NCBI GenBank assembly: GCA_028534125.1
Contig: CM052816.1
Location: forward strand, 85,004,001 to 85,068,000
Direction: 5' to 3'
Length of the DNA stretch: 64,000 nucleotides
Source: Lama glama
Taxonomy: Eukaryota
Shown here: positions 28,570 to 41,869 of the stretch, piece by piece
Layout: each line of letters begins with the position of its first letter
How positions within the stretch are numbered: position 1 is the stretch's first letter
Program-made: the position numbers and the translations under genes
The notes under the pieces: generated by a model
Databases searched by the model: none
Seen by the model: the letters and a program-made list of their open reading frames with translations, nothing else
What the model was told of the DNA's origin: nothing

Positions 28570-28793
28570 TAGTTGGCCCTTGAATAACATGTAAATTAGG
28601 GACATGTCCCCCAGGAGAGTGGAAAATTCGCATGTGATTTATAGTCGGTTCTACATATTCGTAGTTCCACATGTGAGGATTTAGCCAACAGTGGATTGTG
28701 TAGCACAGTAGTTTGTATTTATTAACAAAAAAGAAAAAACAACATATAAGTGGACCCATGCAGTTCAAACCTGTGTTACTCAAGGGTCAACTG
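28570..28793. mobile_element. MER8-like Tigger MITE, complete
   Basis: Terminal inverted repeats tagttggcccttgaataaca / tgttactcaagggtcaactg with TA on both sides; internal ataagtggacccatgcagttcaaacc. Confidence 0.9.
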
Positions 28794-30852
28794 TATACTG
28801 AGATAAACATTTTCATGCTTAGTCCAAACATTTTTTATGAGTGTTTTCCTTGTTTCCATTCTAAATATATCATAATCTTAATAATTTATTATTTTATATA
28901 TACATTTCTGAAGTATTTTTAGTTTCCAAATTATGCTAATTTTGACTACTTACTGTTATTTAATTATTTCACGTTTACATACTAGTGTAACATCTTTAAT
29001 ACTCATAACCCATAGGTCTATAATTGTATATTTTAAAAATGCCCACCCTACTTTAAAACTGCCACTTTGGGAATATAAATGTGCAACACATAGCAATTTT
29101 CCCTAAAAGGCACTGTATGTAACAACTAACCAAAAATTTCTACCTAAAGAATTGGTCATATGTGTAGTTAAGGGAGAACCTTTGTGTGCATCTGCAGAGG
29201 AAATTGAGAGACACTGTGATTAGTCCAGCAATTACATAAACAAGGAGGGCAGGAGATGGAACAAGTATATTACCCAAAAGATCCCTTCATCTTCTGCAGA
29301 GCAAGAGTAGAGCTGTATTATTTCAGAATTCTCCTCCAGTTTTTTTTCTTAAGTTAATTAATTCTGCAATTGGAAGATGGAGGGTAGAACATATGCATGA
29401 ACAGCATCCATACACGGCAGTTCCTTAAACTGCAATGTGGAATTTAAAGAAAGAATTTTTTTTAATTTCATCCAAAATAGGAAAATTGATGATTAAATTT
29501 CATCTGTTCCTAATCTAACCGTTGTTTTTTCTTTCCTGTTTTTTTTTTCCCTCCCCTTGGAACATGCCATTCTGATTTGTTTCAGCATATTCTCTTGTAG
29601 AGTATGAGCTTTTCAGTTGAAATGATTTCTTTAGGTCTCGGTACTGTTTGCAAATGCACAGTTACCACCTTTACCCTTCCTCTCCTAAATCTTCACTGCC
29701 TGATCACATCTTAATCCAATCTTCTTGCTTCTCTCCTGGATCAGATAACATAAATGGATTTCTTAGAACACCCTTTGCATTTTATGATACTTTTGTTTTC
29801 CAAGATTGTAGTCATCAGAGGGTGGGATGAAAAACAAAATCAGTAAGAAAAAAAAATGCATCAATCTCTTTTTAAGTCAACGATGAAAGTTACAGTGAGA
29901 GCACAGAACAGCAGTAGCCAAAGTTTTATCAGCATTTACGCAGCAGCAGCAGCATCTTCTGGACAAAAAGAAAAAATGTGAAATGACAGCAGTGGGACTG
30001 TAATTAGTGGAAAATAGGTACTTGCTAATAAATCTTGGTTTCGTTTCAGGTCATTATTAGGAATGTAAATAAATAAAACCACAATTGGAAAGGATGTAAG
30101 TGTATAAGCTATGATAGTGTTTATAAATCTCTGTTTCTCTTTAATATGTACCCTGAGTATGATTTGAATTCTTAATTTTTTAAAAGGGGGTTATCCTAAA
30201 TAATTATGACATCAATTAGATCTTCTGTTATAAGTAATTATGTGCACTTTTTTTTAAACATCACATTGTGACAACTAAACAATCTTTTGCAACTGGCATT
30301 TTATCCTGCCACCTAAAGCAAATTTTGTGAATTAGCACTGTAGTCACCATGTACAATACGATCATGTGTAACAGTTGTTTTTAAATATAATAAGTTGACA
30401 TTTGTTTTCTTGTTAATCTCTTTCTTCATAATACAATAATTAAACTAAGATATACAGTAAGAACAAAACGAGCAGTTTTCTCAAGTCCTGTTTTCTTTGG
30501 CCAAGTATGTTCCCTCTTTATTTATGCCAGATCCATCAATGTGCAGAATTCAGAATTTTCTGCAGTTTATATGGATAGAACAATACGTGACAATGTGGAG
30601 TTTACTATATAATTTTTGTAGAATAATTCAATTCAACAAAACAGGTTTTCATCACATGCCCCTGGAAAATGATTTGAAAATTATATTAAGCATTAGATAT
30701 CTTATTTACCCTCTGACTTAAGCATCAGAGAAAACTTCCAGCTCACCCTCCAAAAATGGCATTTTTCTTTCCCTTGTTACTCAAAGTTCAAAGTCTTTCT
30801 TCCTTTGAGCAAAAAAATCAAGTTCTACAGTTCAGAATACTTAAAATATTTT

Positions 30853-30992
30853 CTCAGTAAAGGCCAATCTCTAGTTCAAGAAATTCTTGTACTAGCTGCT
30901 CAGTAAAGGCCAATCTCTAGTTCAAGAAATTCTTGTACTAGCTGCTCAGTAAAGGCCAATCTCTAGTTCAAGAAATTCTTGTACTAGCTGCT
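30853..30992. repeat. 3 x 46-bp perfect tandem repeat
   Basis: CTCAGTAAAGGCCAATCTCTAGTTCAAGAAATTCTTGTACTAGCTG starting at 30853, 30899 and 30945. Confidence 0.98.
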
Positions 30993-31047
30993 TAGAGAAT
31001 AAAGTAGTCTCCACATGAATACATACATTAATTTCTAGCCTCTCTAA

Positions 31048-31091
<44 letters not shown>

Positions 31092-31096
31092 ACACA
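31048..31096. repeat. (CA)n microsatellite
   Basis: Directly visible. Confidence 0.95.
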
Positions 31097-32887
31097 TTCA
31101 CAATCTTTCCCTATTTTCTGCTTCAAAGACTCTTCATTTAGAGGTTCTAGAAATTAAATTTTTTGAAAACAGATAATTTTCCAGGTGCTTACATATTAAA
31201 TATTGCCAAGCTCCACATGTGAGAGGATTAGATTATTCCTGGATCAAAGCCTGAAATGTATTAAATTAAAAAATGATTTAAAAAGTCTACATGAAAAATT
31301 CAGATCTGTGTATTTCCTTAGTACCATTTATGTCACGTTACATGATGACTTTTTATATTTCAAATGTAATCAGCATTTCCAGGCCATACAAGCCAGTGAA
31401 TAGAAATAAGATTAATTTTTTTCTGTATGTATCTCTGAGCTTGCACTGTGCTAACCTTTGAGGGAATACATCTCAGAAAAGTTTTACGACGTGATGATTT
31501 ATGGGGAGCCTCCCTGAGTAACGTAACCACTTTCAGTTTTAGGCAAAATCACTTTCCAAATACCAATCCATACAGGGATTAGGAGAGGATAGAGGGGGAT
31601 TATTTTACCTACCAGTGCAGCTACTCCCTGAGGCTGTATTTTTTGTATATTATATATATGAAATTGTATATTGTGTATTTACATGTGTACAATTTATTAC
31701 AGCTTACTAGTCTCTAGAAATATTATCTACATTTTACCTGACTATGAATCTGTAGATCGTTCCTTTCTCCTTTGCAAGTTGACAACCATTTGTCCTTTCT
31801 TGGAACCATTACCTCAACTGAAAAGTGGGTGCCAAAGCATAGCTACGAGGGACTTAAATAAACACCTTCATTGCTACTACAGCTTCTGCTTCCCATAATA
31901 TATGAACATCCTCCTGGATGAGAAGGATTAAAGGTAAGCACATTGTTCACAAGAGCCTCAGATTGGACCTGGTACAACTGCTTGATAGGGTCCAAAACAT
32001 AACTCTAAAGTGTCTCTAAGCACTCTCTGAAAGTGAATTGTTTTCTTCTCAAGCCACACAAAGGACCTAAATGTAGGTTCATGTTTTCAGTATTGGATGT
32101 TGGAAGGAAGAATGTTGCCTAACTGGTTTTGTACAGATAAAATACTCTGTAAAAATAAAAATATTGACACCTACTTAAAATATATTCTAGTCCAGTGGAA
32201 ACTCCAACTTCTCTCTCTACAGGATCCTCTCAAATATGCTCAGAAAAAAGCAGGACTTATTGATATCAGGTAAATTCACAGTAGGTCTATGTACCATAGA
32301 ACAAACAGAATGTTCACTATACATCCTAAATAACAATGACTGGGTTTAATACTATTGTTCAGGAAGACATCAAGCCTTGGAATAATATGAAGTAAAAACA
32401 GTAGAAACTGAGACTATTTTATTTAGTTAGGAATTAGAAATTTTAGGCTTACAACGAATTTAGCTGCAAGAAAACTCCAGTGATTTAAGCCTATGGGTTT
32501 TCTACCTCGTTCATAGTAAGATATTCCCAGAGGGGAGTGCCAGAACATTTCATAAGACTGTTCTTACAGTGAATCAGCTTTCAACTGAATCATGAAATGA
32601 AAGAAACAAGAATGTTCTCCACTAAAGTAATAAGTAATTCTTTCAAAGTCAAATCTGAACTACATTGTTCAACAGAGCCAGGCAATTGTCTAGTCCCATG
32701 TGTGTGTGTACATGTGTTTGTATATTATTAATTTCTGCCATAGGAAGTCAATATGAGTATCTTGGATGGTAGCAGTAATGAGTATTTTGAAGAACTGATA
32801 AAATCAATGTAGTTGAGTTTAAAAGGTTTGCATTCTTTGGTTGAATGTCTTTACAGTATCAAGGGAGATTTTGGCAAGAAACGTGTG

Positions 32888-32909
32888 CACACACACACAC
32901 ACACACACA
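32888..32909. repeat. (CA)n microsatellite
   Basis: Directly visible. Confidence 0.9.
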
Positions 32910-33564
32910 TATCACCTCATATAGGCGTATCTAGACAATGTAACTCATGAAATCACATATTACTTGGCTTCAAGAGACTATTGAAATATAATACAGCAAA
33001 TTTCATTAGATTAAAAATAAAAGTTTTCCTTCTATTTTCTTTGCTCAATTATGACACTTTGAACAAAAATTATAAAATATTACAGGTTAGAAAATTAGAA
33101 TCTTTTTAAAAGATCATATAAATCTTTAAATATGGTTTTTAGAGATCATATCATTTAATCTTCTTGATGTCATATTACACTCCTGTATAATATCACTGAA
33201 TATAGTTGATTTAATTTGTGTTTGAATTTTTCTACTTTTGAGCGCTTCTTCATTTGTAAGACATCTTATTTCATTTTGGAGGATAGCTGGATGTTTGAAA
33301 ACATCTTGTAATGATCTTACAATTCTACTTCTTAGCCCAAATTTTGCTTCTGAAACTACAAATTGAGTATGTATGACTTTCTCATAAAACTCTTCAAATA
33401 TTAGAAGATGAAAATATTTTCCCCTAGATTCTTTATGATGTCAAATTTGAGGTTTACCATATATGTGTATGTATTACATAGTGTGTATATACTTCAGGAA
33501 TATAAAAATTCATATAAGTCAAGTCTTAATGTTTAAACCCCTAAATTCAGATGGAGCTGTGTAC

Positions 33565-33565
<1 letters not shown>

Positions 33566-33596
<31 letters not shown>
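33566..33596. repeat. (CA)n microsatellite
   Basis: Directly visible. Confidence 0.95.
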
Positions 33597-33598
<2 letters not shown>

Positions 33599-34149
33599 AT
33601 CACATTTGCTTGATAAAATTAGTTAAGGAGATTGTGTTCCTCAAAAGTTATTTTTCCCCACTTAATTGACTCTTACCCCTTCATATATTTCCATGTTCAT
33701 CTTCCTAATACAAGTTTTATTCTAATAAGCCTAAAACATTTCACTTTTTTATTTTAGCAAAGTATACTCAATATAATCTAATCCTCCCATGATGAATCCT
33801 ATACAACTGAATATCCATTATTATTCAAAGCTACACTACAAAAGTTTTCCTAATTCCTCACACTGCTAGCTTATCAGTAGTCACTCCTTCTGCCAGCGTT
33901 TTGGATCTAATTAACAGGTTTCTTATCCTAATTGGCTGCTTCTAATATTCTGAGATCTGAAAAATTATATAAGGAAGTTTTTAGATTGTCTTTAATATAA
34001 AGCAATATCAAGTCCATAAGTGTCTAAGGATGCTAACAGTGGAAAACTCTCTGTATACTTTTAGTCTGAGGGCTGTATGATACTTTTTCAATGGTTCAAG
34101 GCTTAGATAAATTTTACATATTCTTTTGGTTTTAGAACTACGATGAAAA

Positions 34150-34345
34150 TAGGACTGTGTTTGAATCCTGGATCCAACATTTTCTAGCTCAACAAGCTGG
34201 ACACTTTGAACCTTCAGAAAGTTTCAGGTACCACTTAGAAGAAATAAGAATGATAATATCTGCATCTCAGAAATATTGTAAAAATTAAATAAAGAAAGGC
34301 ATACGAAGTTCTTAGCAAAGTTCATGGAGGCTGTTAATAAATAGT
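34150..34345 (+). mobile_element. MIR SINE
   Basis: gactgtgtttgaatcctggatccaacatttctagct...aataagaatgataatatctgcatctcag...gttcttagcaaag. Confidence 0.75.
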
Positions 34346-36299
34346 CAACAAATTCTATTTGCATTTTCTACCGCTTTCTATTTCATCTAAATCTCTGTAT
34401 ATACATACATACATCTCTATAGAAGCATACGTTGTCATCTTTGTCTGCTTTCCCATCTGTATTTATGCTTATGTCCATCTGAATCAGCTTGCAATTGAGA
34501 AGCATGTAGAAGCAAAACAAACTCAGTAACAGCATGAAGCTCAGATCTGTATTTCATTAACATGAAAAAGGGACACCACAAGTTTAGCTTGATTTCATTA
34601 GTGGAAAGAAAAGACAGGTATACTTAAAGGAAAGGAGTCAATCAGTGAGAATCATTAGGAGAAGACAGAATCAAAATAAATAGAATGATCTGCATATAGG
34701 CATTTTACTATTGTCCAGAATTTTCAGTTTATTTTTAGACAGATTTATGTAATAAAGATATTCTCAATAACACTCTTAATTTTTGTCATCGGAGACTTGA
34801 TATTTGTTCTATTAACATCTAATAATGAAATCCAAAAATTTTCTCTAAATTTTGGAAGCATATTGTTAGTTATGTATAGCAATTTCATATCCATTTTTAA
34901 ATCCACAGATTAAAATTTTTTATAAATGTAATAAAATATTTCACTTAGAAATAATTGCGCAGGGAATTGTATGCTGATATTACATATTTTTTCCTTAGGC
35001 AGGAAAATAGAATGTAAATAAAGAGCATAAATGGTATCATAATAATTAATAATAAAAAGTACAACGACTATGAATGGATAAGTCTAGATTTTAGGATGAT
35101 ATGCTAGCTCAATTAGCTAATACTGACTGGTCAGGTGTAATGCTCTCCAAAGCAATGGAAATCACAATGAATTTCCTCGCCCAGTTTCTACTGTCAACTG
35201 GCTTTAGTTAGTTTTATATTCATCACAAAACAAATAATTTTAACATTTTATATGGATTTTATGCACTAGAATCTCAAATATACTTTTCAATTTTACCTAA
35301 TGTAAATGCAAATTTCAAAAAAGGAAAAAAAACTTCTTATTTTCACTAGAGATGTAATTTGTTTCCTATACCTTCTAGGAAATAATCTGAATTTATACTT
35401 CAAGTTCTGTATTCATAATTAATAACTTAGGAACAGATCACTGTAATTTTAAAATTAGTAAGCATTCTAATTTTTGCATAAAGTTAAAAGAGACAAACAT
35501 ATGTGTTTTAATTTTCTCATAAAAAGAAGAATCGTGAAAGTAAATGTGTAAAGTTTTGTTTTTTTCAAAAAGCTATCCCCAGAACTTCATGAAAGACTCA
35601 GAAGAAACTGAGATAAAACAGACAAACAAACATGCAACTTTATCCTGGGTCAGAGATTTCATATGCTAGAAAAGAAAGTGTTTTTAAAGCAATAAATGAG
35701 TTACGCCATTAGACAAATGTTATTGGGCTAGCATTAGGCCAATACACGCATGAAATTAAGGCCCAAGTTTGCTTGTATGTCTCTTCAGAAAGAAAAATTT
35801 TTGCCCTCAAAGATCTCAAATTTCTCTATAAACTCAACCATTTATAAAATGTATGTCAATGCCTAAAGTGCACTGCTATATTTAAAATTAGGACTCAGTT
35901 CTCAAGCACAGATTTTAACATTTGAAGTGCCAAAGGCCAAAATCTTTGAGGACTTACTATGTGCTTATCATTACAAATGACTTTCTTTTTCATCAGAATA
36001 TTAAATATTTTTAATTCATCCTTTGATCTACTTAATTATTTGGCTGCCATATACATAGATAATGCAACTCAAGTAGAATATGGAAACACAGATTGCATAT
36101 CATAACTAATTATTAAACTTTTAGAAAGTGACACTGTGTACGTTTAGCCACAGAGAAAATCTAATTCTGTTTTGGAAGATATACTCTGCATTCCAACTAT
36201 GACACTTTCTCTTTCTAGAAATTACAGCTTCTGAGAAGATGTATTTGCAGTTTCTCTTTCTTAAGTGATAATTCAATAGTAGTTGAAGAAATAAGAATC

Positions 36300-37680
36300 A
36301 TTGATTAGTGTAAGAATGCCAGGACAGATGATTTAAACTAACAAATATTTGATTCAGCAAAGAGAAAACCAGTAACAAACCATTGGGCTTAAACCTAATT
36401 ATAATGTAATTGAATCAAAATAAATAAAGATTATGTTAACAGACAAAGATTAGAAGACTGGATAAAATAAAACACTCAATGTTGTTTATAGTAAAACACT
36501 AGAATATAAACAAACAAATAAATAATAAATGAATAAATAAAATGAAAAAAGAATTAGGAAAAGATACAGCATGTAAAAAGTAATCTAAGAGGGATGGTTT
36601 AGCAACATTAACATCAAACAGATTTTAAAGCAAGGGGTAACAGAAAAATCAAGATTGAAATCTCCTAAAGAAAAACGTATCACTTTCCCTACCTTTCACT
36701 AATAACATATCTTCAGAAATACATAAACATTGATAAAAGTGTAGAGCACTAAACTAGACCATAAGAAGTCTAAGAAATTTAATAGTAAAGTTAACAGCAA
36801 GAATAAACTAGAAACCATACAAATAAACAAATCTAAGACTGTGTCTTTAACTAAATTAATTAATTGGATAAACTGGTAAGAGACATAAAAAATAAAAACC
36901 ACATATTATCAATATCAAATAAAAATTAATTCAAAAATGGTCCTAAATCTAATTGCCAAATCTGTAAAGATTCTAGGAGATACCATAGGACTACTTCTAC
37001 TGAATCATGTTATAGATAACTTCTTAAAACAGTACACACACAGAAAATTAAACATGAAAGAAGAAAAGTACTAAATTGCATCTTATTAAAATGAAGAGTT
37101 TTTGTTCATTAAAACATTCTCTGATAAACTGTATTGGGTAGCCAATAGTAAAAGATAGTTGAAACACATACACATATTCAAATCACACATATTCACAACA
37201 TAGAGCACCTATTGTAGAATATAGGATGCCTAAAAATAACAAAAAAATTGAGAAAAATATATATACTCAATTTAAAATGGTGAAACATTTAAACAGGCAC
37301 TTTAGGAAAAAATATCCAAATGGTCAATAAGTATATAAAAAGTACTAATTATTATTAACTAACAAGAATATGAAATTAAATGCAAAACAATATACTAGCA
37401 TACAACAATAGCTAAAGTTAAAATAATAATAAAAACAGTATCAAGAGTGTTACACAACTGAAATTTTCACACATTGCTGATGGGAGAGTATGTGCAATCA
37501 TGAGGATGGCATGAAGATGGACAGATAGAACAATGAAATAGTAAAAGTTGTCCAAATAGATTCACACATTGGATTTATAACAAAGGTGATGTTATTAGTG
37601 GAAACTGTTTGTATCAATAAACATTTAGATGTCTGTCTATGTGAAAATACTGATCTTGACTAGAATTCACACCAATCTAC
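36300..37680 (+). mobile_element. Fragmented old L1 (ORF2 remnants)
   Basis: A-rich L1 motifs: acagacaaagattagaagactggataaaa, aaagattctaggagataccatagga, atatccaaatggtcaataagtatataaaaag, acattgctgatgggag, acagatagaacaatgaaatag. Confidence 0.75.
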
Positions 37681-37689
37681 ATGGCTCTA

Positions 37690-39115
37690 TAGTTTCCAGT
37701 TGAAAAGTAATTCCTTTATTACTCTTAACTTATTCTTAAATATTTTATTCATTTTGATGCTATTGAAAAAACACTTAAAAACTTATTTCAGATTTTTTAT
37801 TGCTGGTGTATAAAAATACAGTTGATTTTTGTACATTTATCTTGCTTTTTGTCAACTCCCTAAATTTCTATTATGGTTCTAGTAGGTCTTTTTGGTTTTT
37901 AGTAGTTTCCTTAGGATTAGCTACAAACTAGATCATGTCATCTGTGAAAAGTGACTATTCTACTTCATTTCCAATCAAAATACCTATTATATATTGTCAG
38001 CCGAGAGGGGCTGAAGTGGGATTCTAGGAGGTGAGCAGCCCAACTGGAAAAATGCGTGAGGAGCTGCCATACGGCAAAACAGACTGCACAAGGAGCTGAC
38101 ATGGAGCCAAACAGCAGTTTATTCTATTGCCACAAGGTGTTGTGCATGGCAGGCGGTGGCAGCGATGGTACTTTCTTCTAGTTTAATAAGGTGGCGTGTG
38201 CACCCAAAGGCACATTTGTCCTGCTTTTACCTATTTTCTGCCTGCACATGCGCAGTGTCATTTTCTTTCTTCATGAGGCTTACAGAACACCACTAGTGCA
38301 TGTGTACTTCTACTTTCTTTGTTCTAAAACTTATATAACCAGTGCATGTGTACAATCATTATTTACTTCATACTACAAGCATGTTGTTGTGACCTTGGCC
38401 TTGGGCCCCATGGTCTTACTCATTCAAGGACATCAACATATATATTCACTGGTCTGATGGCCCAGATTAATCTACCTTGTGATTTCTTCCTTGAACCAGT
38501 TATTTAGGAACTTGTTCTTTAATTTCCATATATTTGTGAATTTCCAATTATCTTCTGTCACTGATTTCTAATAAATGATGCTGTGTTTGGAATATATACT
38601 TTGCATGTTTTTACTCTTCATCAAGGCTTATCTCATTGCCTAAACTATGGCCTATACTGGGGAATATTTTACATGTATTTTGCTGTAGTTGGGAAGAGTG
38701 TTCTACAGATATATATTATGTCTTGTACAATCATTGTATGTTCAATAGTATATCAAGAAATGAAAACATTTTTTTCCTTTTTGACAGATAATTTTGCATT
38801 TTTGATGGACTGCAGAATTCCTGATTGACAGGCTGAATTCTATGAATGAATTTCATTCAGTAATTTTAATATGGCAACTATACCTCTTGGCCTTCATTGT
38901 TTCTGATATATAAGTCCGCGATTAATCTTACTGTGTATCTTTTTGAACAGGAAGGGTCATTATTCTCTTGATGATTTCAAGAATATCTCTTTATCTCTCA
39001 ACAGTTTGAGTATGATATGACTAGTTAAAGATTTCTTTGAATTTATTCTACTTGGAGTTTGTTGAGCCTCTTAGATGTATAGATTAGTGTTTTTCACTAA
39101 ATACTAAATTTAAGC
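37690..39115 (-). mobile_element. Old L1 fragments, reverse, split by an LTR insertion
   Basis: ttgctggtgtataaaaatacagttgatttttgtaca, agatcatgtcatctgtgaa, taatttccatatatttgtgaatttcca, tttattctacttggagtttgttgagcctcttagatgt. Confidence 0.8.
37995..38438 (-). mobile_element. Solo ERV LTR inserted in L1
   Basis: TG...CA ends, TATAT flanking both sides, TTTATT at 38118-38123 (AATAAA on minus), and an abrupt GC rise versus the flanking L1. Confidence 0.8.
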
Positions 39116-39139
39116 AGAGTTTTCTATTTCTCTGCATTC

Positions 39140-39312
39140 TAGTCAGGCTCTCAAGGAACTAGACAAAACCCATAAGGATTTACTAAGTCTACAGAATCTA
39201 ATGCTAATTTCTTCCAGAAACACTCACATCAACACACACAGAAATAAATTTTGACTAGCTATCTAGGAATCCCTTAACTTAGTCAAATTAACACAGAAAA
39301 TTAATCATCACA
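39140..39312 (-). mobile_element. MLT2 LTR 5' fragment
   Basis: aatgctaatttcttccagaaacactcaca...cagaaataa...tagtcaaattaacacagaaaattaatcatcaca is the reverse complement of the MLT2 start seen at 15401. Confidence 0.8.
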
Positions 39313-41869
39313 ACAGGATTTTTTTGGTATGTATTGTGTCATACATATAACATATACTCGAATATGTGTTGAATAAGTAAATAAGTAGATTAAATTAAGT
39401 TTGGCCATTAATGATACTATTTAATTCAGGAAAATATTGAAAAGGAACTCATTTTTAGTGGGCAAAATTTTCAGTTGAACAAATAATATTTAGAAAATTT
39501 CTTTTAAAATAAATTCAAATAAAGTTTCCACTGTAAGTATGTTTTCTTTTTCATGCTGCTTATTAACTTGCTTCTAATGAGAGAAAGTAATAAATATGTA
39601 TCTGGAGAAAAGCCAATTTTATTATTGTTGCTATTATTTAATATTTATTATTTTATTGTAGGAGAGATTCCTTTCTTTTCAGTATCATATACTACCAATG
39701 TTTCAGTAAATTTAAATTTGTCCAGTGTTTCTCACCTTTATCCATTACTCTAATAAACTTGTTGGTTATTGAAATAAATTTTTCACTTCAACTCTATAAA
39801 AAAAATGACTAAATAATATAATATTTAAGGTTAAGCATATTCTAACATATGGCATAAAACCTGTACAACATACAGTACAAATTACAGAGTACATAAAATT
39901 TCAGTTCTACTGTAAGACTAAAGAATGAAAACTGATACAGCAATAAAACTGAGGTATGGCAAGATCCCAAAAGAATGTCTTTTTGAAAAAAAAAAAAAGC
40001 AAGAACTGAGATGCTGAATGTTTATCCTTATATTAAATCACATATGAGAGAAAAAGGGACATGTAATTTTGGGTCTGCTTCCTCTACTTGACAAGTAAGT
40101 AATCACTAAATGTTCCTGAATTCTGCTTGCTTTAACTATAAAAAATGTATAAAATGAGTATAATGTTAATTTCAAATGATTTCTGTGAATACAAAAATAT
40201 TAATCTTAACATTCAACTGCTACTACTATTATCAACAGAAAAAAACGTTTTCAATAATTTCTGAACTCTTCTATTTATTGCCACATTTGCTCCTCATACA
40301 TACTGTTAGGCATGTTTTGCATTTTTGCTTCTATAAAGGATGAAGAATCTGAACTCTGTTGAAATCACATAAACTACTCTTGAACACATGACTCTATCTT
40401 TTGAGCAAATATTTAAATGCATGCAGTTTGAAGTCTTTACTCTTAACTGCAGTGTGTAATGTATGTGAATACTCTTCATTGGTAGCCTAACCATTTGTAC
40501 AATCTTTTTCAGTTATCCTGGATAAACAGAAGCTTCAGCATATTTAAAAATATATAAATTCAAAGTACAGTCAGTAAGCACTTGTTTTGCTCCTAAAGCC
40601 TGGTGAGGCTCGGCTGTAGGAATACAAATCAATTTGGAGTGTCACTCTCACAGCACTCTGGCAACAAAAATCTAAAGTGAATGGAAAATTACAAGGGTTG
40701 GATTTATTCCATTTACCAAATGAAAACTGCAATCTTGTCTCCTTCTTAGTAGAGAGAAATGCAATAAAAATATTTCATTCTGCAAGCGTCAAGCGCTGCT
40801 TTTTGGACAATTACAGTACCAACTCTTCCTTTCCTAACTGTACATTTGTGGGTTTTATGCACCGACCAATCAAGACTATTTACTTCACTCAGAACTTCTC
40901 CTGCCAAAAAGGCAATTTTGTGTATAAATGGCTCCAATCTGGGAAGCCATCCAAAAAAATCTGTTCAGGTGAGTAACAGTGTGATTTACATGCAGGTGCA
41001 AAACGTAAAGTTAGAAACAGTTTGAAAATGCTAACTAAAGATATGGACTAGAATTGAGTTAACCAGACAGGTATATCACTTCCCTTCTGGTATTTTAAAC
41101 ATCCTAGAAATGTTCTACTTTTGCTTTATTACTATTATTTTTAGATTTATAAGGATACATCTTTCTTTGAGGTTTACCTATACATTTGAGTTTTATGGAA
41201 ATGGATGTCAGGGTAATTACTCATGGCTGCATAGAATCTAATGGCAAAAAAAAAAAAAACACTAGTAGAGTGGAAAGGAGATTCTTCCTGCTTCGCTAAA
41301 AGGGAGAAACACTCTGAGGGAATGCATTCATTTACCTGAAGTTTTAATGCAATTTTCTCTGCTTTCATCTTCTCAGTCCTTCATACAATTGTTTGTTTGT
41401 TTGTTTATATAGCACAAAAAAAAAGTAACCGTGTAAGTCATCAAAAAACTGAAATTAGAAAGAAGCGAAAGGCCAGAGGTTGTATAAGAAGTTCAAAATA
41501 CATCTACCTATAATATTGCCCATGGTTCATTTTAGACGTTGAAAGAAAATTATGCACCTAATGAAACTATGAAATAATATATTGAATCATAATTTGTGAG
41601 AGGTAGAGGTTTCCCATGTTTCTTTCCTTTTTCTTAGGTTGTCTTTTAACTTCCAATTATTATCAGCTGTGGCTAGGATTCAGCAGAATATACATGGTAT
41701 GAAAGCTGAAGGGGCATATCCAATGACTGAAATTTTAGTCCCCAAATGGACAGGTATTCAAAATGAGAACTTAAGAGTTTTGAATCTTAATTTTCTCTTA
41801 AAATTAATTCCTCATTGACTACCCTTTAAATTTGTTATATGGATAACACGATCTAATAGTTATAGAACA

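Noticed and set aside
30853..30992. CRISPR-like array of palindromic repeats
   Set aside because: The units are contiguous and identical with no unique spacers, there are no cas genes, and the context is mammalian.
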